NCBI GenBank assembly: GCA_002269645.1
Contig: NIVC01000636.1
Coordinates: 1-64,000, forward strand
Length of the DNA stretch: 64,000 nt
DNA from: Macrostomum lignano
Taxonomy: Eukaryota
Direction of reading: 5' to 3'
The position numbers and the translations under genes are program-made. Below, one piece after another: positions 39,301 to 50,460 of this stretch (its first letter is position 1; each line of letters starts with the position of its first letter). A model generated the notes under the pieces. It ran no database searches. It saw nothing but the letters and a program-made list of their open reading frames with translations, and had not been told where the DNA came from.

Positions 39301-40091
39301 CACAACTGGCAATTATAACCTGAACTCACACATTCACACAAATAAATTCAATTAGCTTGCATTCACTTAGCCCGTATTCACACAACCTGCATTCACACAA
39401 CATGCATTCACACAACATGCATTCACACAACATGCATTCACGCAACATGCATTCACACAACTGGCAATCATAACCTGAACTCACACATTCACACAAATAA
39501 ATTCAATTAGCCTGCATTCACTTAGCCCGTATTCACACAACCTGCATTCACACAACATGCATTCACACAACTGGCACTCACATAGCCTGGACTCACAATT
39601 CACACTTTAAAAAATTCACTCAGCCTGCATTCACTTAGCCCGTATTCACACAGCCTCCAATCTACACAACATGCATTCACACAACATGCATTCACACAAC
39701 ATGCATTTGCACAAACAATATTCACGCAGCATAATTTCACACAAACCGCATTAATATTACAAGTATTCACGCAACCGCATTCCCGCAACTAAGCTTCCAT
39801 CGGGGCTGGAAATGGGACAAAGAAGCGGCCCCGCTCACCCGAGGGAGTGCTCAAAGCGCGTCTTTGTTGCCGAGGGGTAGACCAAGTCCGTCAGGGCCAG
39901 CTGCTTAAGGTGCCGCAGCCGCTGGAACTGCGGCCGATCCATGATCAGCTCGGCGAAGCTGTGCACCTGGATGGTGCCATGCACCGGGTCATTGATGGTC
40001 TGCGGATTGAGGCGGGTTCATTTCAGTAATATGTACTTTTTAAATGCATGCAGCAGCTGTACCTGCTCACCTTCAGAGGTCGGAATTCCAT
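36393..40091 (-). CDS. SAMHD1: SAMHD1-like HD-domain dNTP triphosphohydrolase, paralog B (no SAM domain)
   Basis: Exons 40071-40091, 39839-39999, 38419-38803, 37706-37965, 37058-37529 and 36393-36563, with an intact frame. Motifs: [62 protein letters not shown]. Exons 2 and 4 are the same length as in paralog A (161 and 260 nt). Confidence 0.9.
36675..37066. repeat. 24-bp array overlapping the paralog B exon 5 donor
   Basis: On the minus strand the unit is GAGCTTGTTGGTGAGCTGGGAGTT. The first copy begins inside the exon. Confidence 0.93.
38870..39780. repeat. 15-bp array ACATGCATTCACACA with higher-order repeats, paralog B intron 2
   Basis: Directly visible. Confidence 0.92.
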
Positions 40092-41303
40092 AAGAGCTCT
40101 TTCAGCCGGTTCAGGATGATGGCAGCCAAATAAAATCTGCCCCTTTCTGCGCCGCAGCAGCGGGTTAATAAACAGGCAGGCAGCGGCTGATGTAGCATTT
40201 TTAACCAAACAATAAAAACCTCGCAGCGGCAAGTGCGCACTGCGAGCAGCGGATCAGATAAAGCAGTCCAGGGCAGCGTCGGGTGCAGCTTTCTGTGACT
40301 CACTCTTCATCACCTTAAGGCCAGTAAGAGAAAGAAGCTGCGCGAGCTCTGATTAAACAAACATGCAGCAGTGTTTAGGAGGCGCCTCTAGTGACAATTT
40401 TTCTCACGCTGCTGTGCTGCAATCAGCTGTGACTGTGGGATTCAAGTTGCAGGATATCACATGAGTTCATGGTTCCATATCAGGATCATCGGTCGAATAA
40501 ACAGTGTTTGATGATGGCAGTATAGCGATTTTAATGTTTATCAACCATCCAATCTTCCATCATGAGTCTTTCAGCAGGCAGCAGCAGCAAATGTTATATT
40601 TTCAAAGATATACGCACTGAGTTATGTGTGCATTGCCTACAGTGACTCAGCCTTTTTTAGCTTCTCTCAGTTTTAGCAATTTTTATAGCACACAATTTCT
40701 TCCTACTAATTGCTTTTATTCATTTGCATGGCCCAGAGCTTGGGTACAGCGATGATAAGATAATAAATTTATTTTAAAAATTCCTCTGAAAAAAAATGAA
40801 ATGTTTTCAAACGAAATCTTGTGAGTACGAGCTAGCGTCTTCGAAGTCTATAGCTATAGCCCATACATCAAAACTCAACTTTGAAGTACTATCGGCCTTG
40901 GTTAAGACTAAAAACAAGGCAATTAAATCCCTAACGTATACATTATTACCCTTGAACTAATATTGAACACGACAGTGTTGCTAGATCAGAAGCTTGAAGG
41001 ACATGAGATTGAGATCACCCAGTGGGAAAAAGTCGAAATGTGAATCGGTTGTCAGTGTGCTGTCCCTGAAGTAAAATCATTTAATTTTAATATAACATAA
41101 ATAAAGACATGCTAACACCGCAAAATTAAATGGATCACGCTATAAAATATTGCCTTTCTAAGTTGCTTAAAAGTGTATGTCTTTGTTTTTTTATTCCAAA
41201 ATTTCAAATAAATTTATTTCTAAGAACTTGAAGCCAATGTCAGTTGCGATGCGAAGCTTTACTTGAAGAAAAATACTAACCTAATTTGTAGGTAGGAAGA
41301 ATG

Positions 41304-41526
41304 GGCAATGTCCTAGTTTCCCGCGTTAAATTATTTTGACCCAAAATTTAAAATGAACAAACAAAAGCAAGTTTATTAAAAGTTTAAAATGAGTCTTAGG
41401 TCTTAAAAGGAGTATTACACGGTGTAGTAATGTGTCAGCCAGTACAGAAAGCTTCCTGACGATGGCTGCAGTTCCATGACAAAAATTGGGTCAAAATAAT
41501 TTAACGCAGGAAACTAGGACATTGCC
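41304..41526. mobile_element. 223-bp MITE with ~43-bp TIRs (Merlin-like GGCAA ends)
   Basis: GGCAATGTCCTAGTTTCCCGCGTTAAATTATTTTGACCCAA is inverted at 41484-41526 with about one mismatch. No clear TSD. Confidence 0.75.
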
Positions 41527-42307
41527 AAAATGTGTACTATATGCAATATACAATGGGTTTTTCTTAAGACATTTATATTAAGGCAATGTTGTAATATTGA
41601 ATAGAAAGCAATTTTTGCCACTATTAGTCTTTTGGATTATAACTATAATTGTAGGCAAAAACTATGTCTATGGCCTCATTTTTCTAATCATACCTTTTTC
41701 TATACAGCTAAATCCAAATATACTAAATCTAAATATACTAAATTTATATACTATAGTTATAGTAAGAGTAAGACACTAGAAAGAAGCTATAAATTGAGAT
41801 ATTGTATGAAATAAAAAAACTAGAGTCCTAAACCCCTCTAGCAATCAAATAGAGTCATTGCAAAGAAAGGCTACAATGTAAATAGAACCTAGGCACTATT
41901 TGGATTAAGGTCTATTATAAATAGAAGTATGCCATGCCACTTATGATTGGATAATATATTATGCAGATAAATGCAATAGATATTGAAACTTGAGGCATAG
42001 ACTTTAGGACTGAAACCCAATGACCACTCTTTGTTTAGTGACTGCTCTCTGTATTAATAGAATAGTAATGCAAATTTTAGTAAAAACAATATTAATGATA
42101 AAATCTATTTCACGAAGGCTGTGGGCAACCCAATGCATGGCCCCCTTTCTGTACATACTCATACACTCACAAAGGGTGTGCAGTGGCCCTGGCTTTCTAA
42201 TCATACTTCCTGCCCCCTTAAGATTTAAGCTATGATCATAAACATTTAGTAGCATGCATTGCATTTCCCCTACAGACTACCAAGTAGCCCAAGCAGACTG
42301 CTTGGAA

Positions 42308-43537
42308 ATGCTGCGCCCTGCCGCTATGAGCCCCAGTCGCCTCTTTAAACTTCTGCTGGCCATCGGTGGCTTTGCGGCCTGCTGTCTGGCGGTGCTGGCG
42401 CTGCTGGGCGGTGTGGACAGCAGCGGCTACCGGCTGACAGCGGAGGAGGCGACACAGCGGCCTGCCAGCCATCCGGGCAGCTGGGGGCAGCGGCAGCGGC
42501 CGCAGTTGCAGCCTCAGCCGGTGCGGGAGCTGCTGCCCTACCTCAGCGGCGAGTGCAGCGGCCGGGCGCCCTGCGTGGCCTTCGGCAGCCCGCTGTTCCA
42601 CCGGTGGCGCGGCTGGCTGCCGCTGGTGGACACCTGGCTGGCTGGCGGGCAGGCCGACTGCGGATTCGCCTGCGAGTTCATTGCCGACGCCAGCGCGGCA
42701 GATGCTGTGCTGTTCCACGGCCGCGATCTGCAGCCGCGGCTGTCGCTGGGCCGCAGTCTGCAGCAGTTCTGGGTCTACGTCAACATGGAGTCGCCGCTGG
42801 CCACCCGGCGCTACGGCTACAACGTGGCGGCCGACCCGAAGTTCCGCTTCCTGTTCAACTGGACGGCCACCACCCTGCGGAGCAGCTCCATCCCGCTGGC
42901 CTACGAAGTCTGGGAGCGCAGGCGCAGCCCGCTGGCCCCGGCCGAGCAGCTGTACTCCGTCAGCAAGAAGAAGCATCTGGCCTTCATCGCCTTCTCCAAC
43001 TGCAAGTATTCGTTCAACAATCGGACAGCGAAAGTGCGTGAGCTGCAGAAGTACATGGAGGTGCATGTGTACGGCGACTGCGGCGACAGGCGGCTGGCAA
43101 AGAATGCCACAGCGTTCAGGCAGCTGTCGGAGCTGTACCGCTTCTACCTGAGCTTCGAGAACGCGTTCTGCCGCGACTACATCACGGAGAAGCTGCACGC
43201 CAACGGCCTGCAGTCCATCGCCGTGCCAGTCGTGTTCGGCGGCCTGTCCCGAGCTGAGTACGAGGCGGTCAGCCCGCCGCGCTCATTCGTGTTCGCCCTG
43301 GACTTCGCCAGCATGAAGCAGCTGGCTGACCACCTCACCGAGCTGGCCGCTGATGAGGCCCGCTACTCCCGCTACTTCGACTGGAAACGGCACTACAGAG
43401 CCTCTCCCAGCTCTGCCATGCTGTGCGCCATCTGCCGCAAGCTGCACACCGACTCCGCCAGGTCTGTGGCCGACCTGAACGACTTCTCCGATGTGGCCGC
43501 CAACTGCCGGCCTGCGGACTTCCCCTACCTGCTGTGA
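42308..43537 (+). CDS. Intronless alpha-1,3-fucosyltransferase (CAZy GT10), type II membrane protein
   Basis: N-terminal TM segment (LLLAIGGFAACCLAVLALLGG), ADAVLFH, QQFWVYVNMESP, FNWTATT, and the alpha-1,3 motif YRFYLSFENAFCRDYITEKL...VPVVFG, then YFDWK. ATG 42308 is preferred; 42254 is possible. Confidence 0.93.
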   Translation: MLRPAAMSPSRLFKLLLAIGGFAACCLAVLALLGGVDSSGYRLTAEEATQRPASHPGSWGQRQRPQLQPQPVRELLPYLSGECSGRAPCVAFGSPLFHRWRGWLPLVDTWLAGGQADCGFACEFIADASAADAVLFHGRDLQPRLSLGRSLQQFWVYVNMESPLATRRYGYNVAADPKFRFLFNWTATTLRSSSIPLAYEVWERRRSPLAPAEQLYSVSKKKHLAFIAFSNCKYSFNNRTAKVRELQKYMEVHVYGDCGDRRLAKNATAFRQLSELYRFYLSFENAFCRDYITEKLHANGLQSIAVPVVFGGLSRAEYEAVSPPRSFVFALDFASMKQLADHLTELAADEARYSRYFDWKRHYRASPSSAMLCAICRKLHTDSARSVADLNDFSDVAANCRPADFPYLL

Positions 43538-43987
43538 CTGCTCAGTGCTGAGCTGCCTCAGATCCCCTACCTGCTGTGACTGCTCAGTGCTGAGCTTGCC
43601 CTCAGATCCCCTACCTGCTGTGACTGCTCAGTGCTGAGCTGCCTCAGATCCCCTACCTGCTGTGACTGTTCAGTGCTGAGCTTGCCCTCAGATCCCCTAC
43701 CTGCTGTGACTGTTCAGTGCTGAGCTGCCTCATGCCTCAGATCCCCTACCTACTGTGACTGTTCAGTGCTGAGCTGCCTCAGATCCCCTACCTGCTGTGA
43801 CTGCTCAGTGCTGAGCTGCCTCAGATCCCCTACCTGCTGTGACTGCTCAGTGCTGAGCTGCCTCAGATCCCCTACCTGCTGTGACTGCTCAGTGCTGAGC
43901 TGCCTCAGATCCCCTACCTGCTGTGACTGCTCAGTGCTGAGCTGCCTCAGATCCCCTACCTGCTGTGACTGCTCAGTGCTGAGCTGC
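43522..43987. repeat. 42-bp array whose first copy contains the last codons and stop of the fucosyltransferase
   Basis: Unit CCCCTACCTGCTGTGACTGCTCAGTGCTGAGCTGCCTCAGAT, ~11 copies. Confidence 0.93.
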
Positions 43988-44278
43988 TTCACCCGTCAAC
44001 ACCTTTCATGGCTTAAGTTTTGCAATTCCAACTTCAAGCTCTGCGATTCCAAGTACAAAGCTGTTAAATTTTATAAAATTGCATTGCCTAAATTTACATG
44101 TGATATGAAGTGATTTATCAACTTATTATTTTACATTAGAGGCAAAATATACAAGTTTAAGCTTGCATTTTGCTTATTTTAAGGAGGCAATTCAAACTCG
44201 CCAGAACTCCCGTCTCATTTATTTGAATTCGAACAGTCATCAAACAGATTTCGCTGCTCGGTCAGCAGAGTCGAGTTG

Positions 44279-44434
44279 CTAAGCATTGTCGGCTCCCAGC
44301 AGCTGCTGCTGCAGGCGGCTGACCCGCACTCGGTAATAGAACATGAAGAACAGCAGCATCACCAGCGAGATGGTGTTGAAGGCCAGCAGGCAGAACTCCA
44401 GGTCCTGCGACTCCGCTTGCGGCGAGAATTTCAT
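44279..44434 (-). CDS. Putative 51-aa single-pass membrane microprotein
   Basis: MKFSPQAESQDLEFCLLAFNTISLVMLLFFMFYYRVRVSRLQQQLLGADNA*. It has the GC3-rich codons (CTG, TTC, ATC) of the true exons here, and a hydrophobic 21-mer followed by basic residues. It falls below the ORF-track cutoff. Confidence 0.6.
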   Translation of the reverse strand: MKFSPQAESQDLEFCLLAFNTISLVMLLFFMFYYRVRVSRLQQQLLGADNA

Positions 44435-44839
44435 TCCAGTCTGCTGCTTGCGGCCAGAAATCCTTGCTCTTGTGGAACTGGGCGCGGACGAGTCTTAAAA
44501 AAATTGCCGCACCAATGGGGCCATAGACTACTGTGCTGCTGACACCCATGGATGAATGAATCCCGAGTCAGCAGTTTAAGTTTTACTGGACTACAAAGTA
44601 AAGCTTTTGGTTTTGGCTGAATAATCAAAATAATCAGTTATTATCATACATGCCTACTGATGCTCCAGTCCAAAGGCAGCAAATTTAATTAAGCAAAGCT
44701 TATGCTCAATGCACTACTATAACGCCGCAGTTTATCAGTAGTCATTTGCAAAAAAACAATTGAGTTCAGGTAAAAACTTTTTATTGGCAAATTTGCTCAC
44801 AGCTCGTCCGATGACAAAATGCCACTTCAAGTTCACTGC

Positions 44840-47800
44840 ACTCCACCAGACACCACCCTCCCCACCCCCACTCCACTAGGCACCCCAGCGCCCCACTCCA
44901 CCAGACACCCCAACCTTTCAGCGCCCCACTCCACCAGACACTCACCCTTCCAGCACCCCACTCCACCAGACACCCCAACCTTTCAGCGCCCCACTCCACC
45001 AGACACCCACCCTTCCAGCACCCCACTCCACCAGACACCCACCCTTCCAGCACCCCACTCCTCCAGACACCCACCCTTCCAGCGCCCCACTCCACCAGAC
45101 ACCCACTCTTCCAGCGCCCCACTCCACCAGACACCCACTCTTCCAGCGCCCCACTCCACCAGACACCCACTCTTCCAGCGCCCCACTCCACCAGACACCC
45201 ACCCTTCCAGCGCCCCACTCCACCAGACACCCACTCTTCCAGCGCCCCACTCCACCAGACACCCACCCTTCCAGCACCCCACTCCACCAGGCACCACCCT
45301 CTCCACCCCCACTCCACCAGGCACGCCACTCCCGCGCCCCTCTCCTACGCCAGGCGCTGCTGGAAGCGCCTCAGCCTGAGCACCACCCGGCGCAGCGCGC
45401 GGGTCTGCCCGCCCGAGCTGGCCAGCGCCCGCTCCATGTAGCGCCGCTGCACGCAGACGGACCGGGCGAACTCCTCCAGCGTCAGGCAGCCGTCTTCGTT
45501 TTCGTCGCGCAGGATGGCGGGCAGGAACTCCCTGCGCCAGCTGCGGTGGTAGAACAGGTACAGGTCGTGCGCGAACTTGTCGCCAGTCTCGTAGGTGCGG
45601 TACCAGTTGCTCCTGGCCAGCAGGTGCCGCACCATCAGCATCTGGCTCTGGCCGTAGGCGCTGCGGAACTTGCTGGGCATCAGGTTCGACCACAGCTCGG
45701 CCGCCAGGGCGTCCAGGACTTCTTCGCGACTGGCCTGGCGGCCTGGGAAGGCAGACGGCTGGGTTGCTAAGTTGCAATCCTTTGTGAACCTCACGAACTC
45801 ACAGTCTCAGGCCCATGACCGACAGTCTCAGCCCCATGATCTCACAGTCTCAGCCCCATGACCGCACAGTCTCAGCCCCATGACCGCACAGTCTCAGCCC
45901 CATGACCACACAGTCTCAGCCCCATGACCGCACAGTCTCAGCCCCATGACCGCACAGTCTCAGCCCCATGACCACACAGTCTCAGCCCCATGACCGCACA
46001 GTCCCAGCCCCATGACCGCACTGTCTCAGCCCCATGACCGCACTGTCTCAGCCCCATGACCGCACTGTCTCAGCCCCATGACCGCACAGTCTCAGCCCCA
46101 TCACCGCCTCACTCACCGCCGAACTGGCCGAAGAACCAGCGTGCCGCATAGTAGCGGCTGTCCACCATGACGTCCAGGGGCAGCCGCGGCCCGCCGTGTC
46201 GGAGAATGGCGCACTTGTTGGCGTCCAGCAGCACGGGCGCTCTGTTGAGGGTGCCGGCGCCGCGCTGGCGCTCAAACTGGATGCGCGCCTTCTCGAGTGC
46301 CACCCAGCGTTGCACTGCGCGACTCCCTGCGGCACAGCCGGAGCTGAACTCCGGAAAGTTGAAGTTGCTCTCCATGGCGTCCCGCCTGGGGAATGATGAA
46401 GCCGTCGGAAGGCTGGCTGCAACGATGGAGCAGGCGGGGTGGGTCTCACTGCCAGTTTCGATTGCACAAACTGCCAGTTTCGATTGCACAAACTGCCAGT
46501 TTCGATTGCACAAACTGCCAGTTTCGGTTGCACAAACTGCCAGTTTCGATTGCACAAACTGCCAGTTTCGATTGCACAAACTGCCAGTTTCGATTGCACA
46601 AACTGCCAGTCGAAACTGCCAAGTTCTGAATACACATACACAAACTGCCAGCAGACTATTAAAGTGCACAATGATAAGCCAGAGCGCAGGCAGTGAACTA
46701 AATGCCGTTGAGCAATCCGAAACGGTCTCAATCGGTCAGTCTCACTTCGATACGAATTCGAGCAGCAAATGGCAACAAAATGCCCTACGAATGAAAATTG
46801 CAGTCCCCATTCGCAGCACAGAGCGGAGTTCCCGTGGCCTCAGTTTGTTTTTCTGCGCACAAAATTCAAAACACATCCCGATGCGCAGTTGGTAATTTTC
46901 GATTTCAACTCCAGGTTGGAACGATTTTACTTTCTGTCGTCATATTTTGTGCCCTTTTGTTGGCGCTTGCTAGTCTGCACCGACGGCTTGCCTGTCTACA
47001 GAATACTCATTAAACTTTTGGCCCGCATTACGCGCGCCGTTCATCGCGCAGCTCCCCCTTCTTCATCTTCTCCATCTACTCTCCCCTCTTTTCCCCGCTC
47101 AACTCATTCCTCTCCCCTCTCCCCTCTTCTCTCTTCCCTCTGCACTCTGTCCCTCTATCCAATCCTCCCCATCTGCCCTCTCCTCTCCCCTCTACTCTCT
47201 CCTCTTCCCTCTACCCTATCTTCTTCCCTGTACCCTCTCCCCTCTCCCCTCTGCCCTCTACCCTCTCCCCTCTCCCCTCTGCCCTCTACCCTCTACCCTC
47301 TCCCCTCTCCCCTCTGCCCTCTACCCTCTCCCCTCTGCCCTCTACCCTCTACCCTCTACCCTCTGCCCTCTACCCTCTCCCCTCTGCCCTCTACCCTCTC
47401 CCCTCTGCCCTCTACCCTCTCCCTCTGCCCTCTACCCTCTCCTCTCTGCCCTCTACCCTCTACCCTCTCCCCTCTGCCCTCTACCCTCTACCCTCTCCCC
47501 TCTCCCCTCTGCCCTCTACCCTCTCCTCTCTGCCCTCTACCCTCTACCCTCTCCCCTCTCCCCTCTGCCCTCTACCCTCTCCCCTCTGCCCTCTACCCTC
47601 TCCCTCTGCCCTCTACCCTCTCCCCTCTGCCCTCTACCCTCTACCCTCTCCCCTCTGCCCTCTACCCTCTACCCTCTCCCCTCTGCCCTCTACCCTCTAC
47701 CCTCTCCCCTCTCCCCTCTGCCCTCTACCCTCTCCCCTCTGCCCTCTACCCTCTCCCTCTGCCCTCTACCCTCTCCCCTCTGCCCTCTACCCTCTACCCT

Positions 47801-48100
47801 CTCCCCTCTCCCCTCTCCCCTCTGCCCTCTACCCTCTACCCTCTCCCCTCTGCACTCTGTCCCTCTACTCAATCCTCCCTATCTACCCTCTCCTCTCCCC
47901 TCTACTCTCTCCTCTTCCCTCTACCCTCCTCTTCCCTCTACTTTCTCCTCTTCTCTCTACCCTCTCTCCTCTCCTCTTCCCTGTACCCTCTCTTTTCCCC
48001 TCTCCTCTCTTCTCTCTCCTCTCTTCCCTGCCCCTATCCCTTCTCCCCTCTGCCCTCTGCCCCTTTATTCAATCCTCCACATCTACCGTCTCCTCTTTGT
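44840..48100. repeat. Arrays in and around the unknown gene: 44840-45330, 22-bp (45800-46102), 22-bp (46447-46625) and a pyrimidine-rich CCCTCT array (47130-48100)
   Basis: Units CCCCACTCCACCAGACAC...; CAGTCTCAGCCCCATGACCGCA; CTGCCAGTTTCGATTGCACAAA; CCCTCTGCCCTCTA. Confidence 0.9.
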
Positions 48101-48481
48101 TGCGGGTGGAACAAAAGTTCCCCATAGACATTTATTTACGTGACTGCGCAATTATGTTAATATGAAGAGGTCGAACGGACTAAACTAGACAAGAACAAAA
48201 TAAAATGAATTGAGAGCTGAGCTCAGCCATGGATGCATTGAAGGCTTAAAGCCAAAGTACAACAGTCTTCCCTGTGCCCTCTCTTCTCCCCTCTCTCCCT
48301 TCTCCCCTCTCCTCTCTTCTCTCTCCTCTCTACCCTCTATCCTCTCCCATCTCCCCTCTGCCCGTCTACTCAATCCTCCCCATCTACCCTCACCCCGCAA
48401 CCTTCTCCCGTGAACCCTCTGCAATCGCGCCTTACCCGGCAGTAGCAGCAGCAGGGCCAGAAAAGCCAGGCAAAACTGCAT
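45345..48481 (-). CDS. Putative secreted protein (~257 aa) with one EF-hand-like loop, family unknown
   Basis: Exons 46117-46385 and 45345-45742 are well supported (GC3-rich, phase-compatible GT-AG). Exons 48436-48481 (MQFCLAFLALLLLLPG) and 46931-46991 are tentative but phase-compatible (1, 2, 1). The loop DENEDGCLTLEE fits the EF-hand pattern. Confidence 0.55.
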
Positions 48482-49084
48482 GGACTCTGTGCCTTGATGA
48501 GCGGGGCTTATATACCGTATATTAGCAGTTATGGAAATTAATTTTTTAACTGCGGGCTCAGTGGAACTGACTGCAGTTTTTCTGCGAAGCATTTCTACAA
48601 ATATGAATGCAGGTGAGACACTCGCTCGCCAAGCAGGACGCGGTGCGGCGACTTTCTGCGCTGCCTCGGCCAATGGAAGCCATGCAGACATGCAGTTGCT
48701 AAATAAGGCAGTTCCCGCACAGCGCCGCCCCTCTGAGGCCCCTGCCCAGCTGCTATTCATAGCCAGATGCAGCCTATAATTAGCCATGCAAGATTGTAGG
48801 TGAAAATTGTTTCAATTTCCTGATAGCGGGGGCGTGAAGGCGATTAGATGGGGCTGAAACCAGATGATGGAAGCTGCAGAATTAGACTGGTAGCTTATTT
48901 TGAACAGCTGGTGACCAATGCACGAAATTCACAGGCCATGAAACGGTTGAGGGAGAGCAAAAATATCAAAACTGTTAGCTTTGACAAAGGTTAGGGAGTT
49001 GTTACCACATGGTCACAAACTAGTGCGACATTAAAATCAATAAAATCGTTAGCTATGATGGTATAACAATTCATAGTTTATTAT

Positions 49085-49350
49085 TAACCAATAGCTCAGA
49101 CGCAGCTATTGCGCGGCGCATTTGAAGGCTGCGTACGGCTGTTCAGTCCAATGACTGGGGGGGGGGGGGTCGCCACCCACCCGCAATTACCCCAGCTAAA
49201 TGCTGGCACCCATTTTACAGCTGGGTGAACTGAAGCAATGCAGAGTGAAGTGTCTTGCTCAAGCTAGGACACAACTCGTTCTGAGTGGATCGAGAATCGA
49301 ACCCCCGACCTTTCAGTCGTGACTCCGACGCTCTGACCACTGGACCTCAT
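49085..49350 (-). mobile_element. tRNA-derived SINE with a CORE/V/Meta-like central domain
   Basis: The minus strand reads GGTCCAGTGGTCAGAGCG (A box) ... GGGTTCGATTCTC (B box), then TTGAGCAAGACACTTCACTCTGCATTGCTTCAGTTCACCCAGCTGTAAAATGGG, which resembles the MIR/CORE-type domain. The 3' boundary is approximate. Confidence 0.75.
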
Positions 49351-49439
49351 CTAACCACTAGCTGTGACAAAGGGCATGGAGTTGCCATAGCATGGACACT
49401 AATTTCTGCAACATGAAAATGAATAAGGTTGGATGAAGT

Positions 49440-49930
49440 CCCCACTGGGAATTTCACAGACCACACAAGCTCTCACAGATGTCTCCATGCTCAAAATAGC
49501 TGAGTACCAATTAGCTAAATATCTGGATTACCTGATCAAGCCAACCATTTCGCATCAAATCGGCCATGGAATTTATGAAATTCATGAAAACAGTCAGCCA
49601 ACGCAGCTAATGAAGACAGCTTCTTATGAATGTGCTCTCCTAAGTTCCAAAAAAGCTCTTTGAAAAAACTTCTGAACTTTGCCACGTCTGGGTTGTTTCT
49701 GCTCAGTGGTCAGTGCTGCCGCCAAACCCGATGGCTGCACGATGGGGCACCTAGCGCCCACTTCAGCAGTGAATGCCCTGAATGCGTCCCTAGATTTTAC
49801 AGACGCTACTTTGATGACACTTTAGCCATTTCAATGTGAACACCCACTGCACTATCTAAGCTGGAGGCAACAAATTTCCATTCCTTGAAGCGCTGACCTC
49901 AACAACAGCCTTGCTGTGCCCACCATAGTC
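49440..49930 (+). pseudogene. Degenerate Penelope-like element reverse transcriptase fragment
   Basis: Frameshifted peptides YQLAKYLDYLIKP, PRFYRRYFDDTLAI, FPFLEAL and TIVHRNLT match the PLE RT motifs (LAK.L..P, RYVDD, PFLD, VYRKPT). Confidence 0.65.
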
Positions 49931-50214
49931 CACCGCAATCTCACCTAGAGTGAATTAGGAATCTACCTGAAATCCTGAAAATTAAACAATGTTCAAAAAC
50001 TTTCATTGGTGACGAAACAGATTTGTCTCGAATCAAATGGCGGAAAAACGGAGGATCAACACTGGAAAATATTTTAAATTCTGTCCGTCCGTCAGCTGTC
50101 CAAGACCGACTTCTCTGCTTCTGACAGTCAGCAAACCCAACGTTTCAAAATTATTGATAGTTGCAAAACTGAATTTTAACTAGAATAGATGTACATTAAA
50201 TGCCAAAAACCAAG

Positions 50215-50460
50215 GTTAAGGTTCGGTTAGGGTGAGGTTTTGGTAGGGTTAAGACTTGGATTTTGGTTAAGGTTAGGACTCGGGTTTAGGTTAGGGTAAG
50301 GGTTTAGGTTTAGGTTAGGGTTAGGACTTGGGTTTAGGTTAGGGTAAGGGTTTAGGGCTAGGGCTAGGACTTGGGTTTAGGTTAGGGTAAGGGTTTAGGT
50401 TTAGGGTTAGGGTTAGGACTTGGGTTTAGATTAGCGTAACCTAAGGTTTAGGTTAGGGTC
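50215..50460. repeat. Degenerate telomere-like (TTAGGG/TTTAGG/GGTTA) interstitial repeat
   Basis: Directly visible, with a higher-order unit ending GGACTTGGG. Confidence 0.85.

Noticed and set aside
46769-48127. 452-aa plus-strand ORF
   Set aside because: Most of it is the CCCTCT array and it is antisense to the spliced minus-strand gene model.
49285-49350. Functional tRNA gene
   Set aside because: The A and B boxes continue directly into a SINE core domain and there is no proper acceptor stem, so it was called a SINE head.
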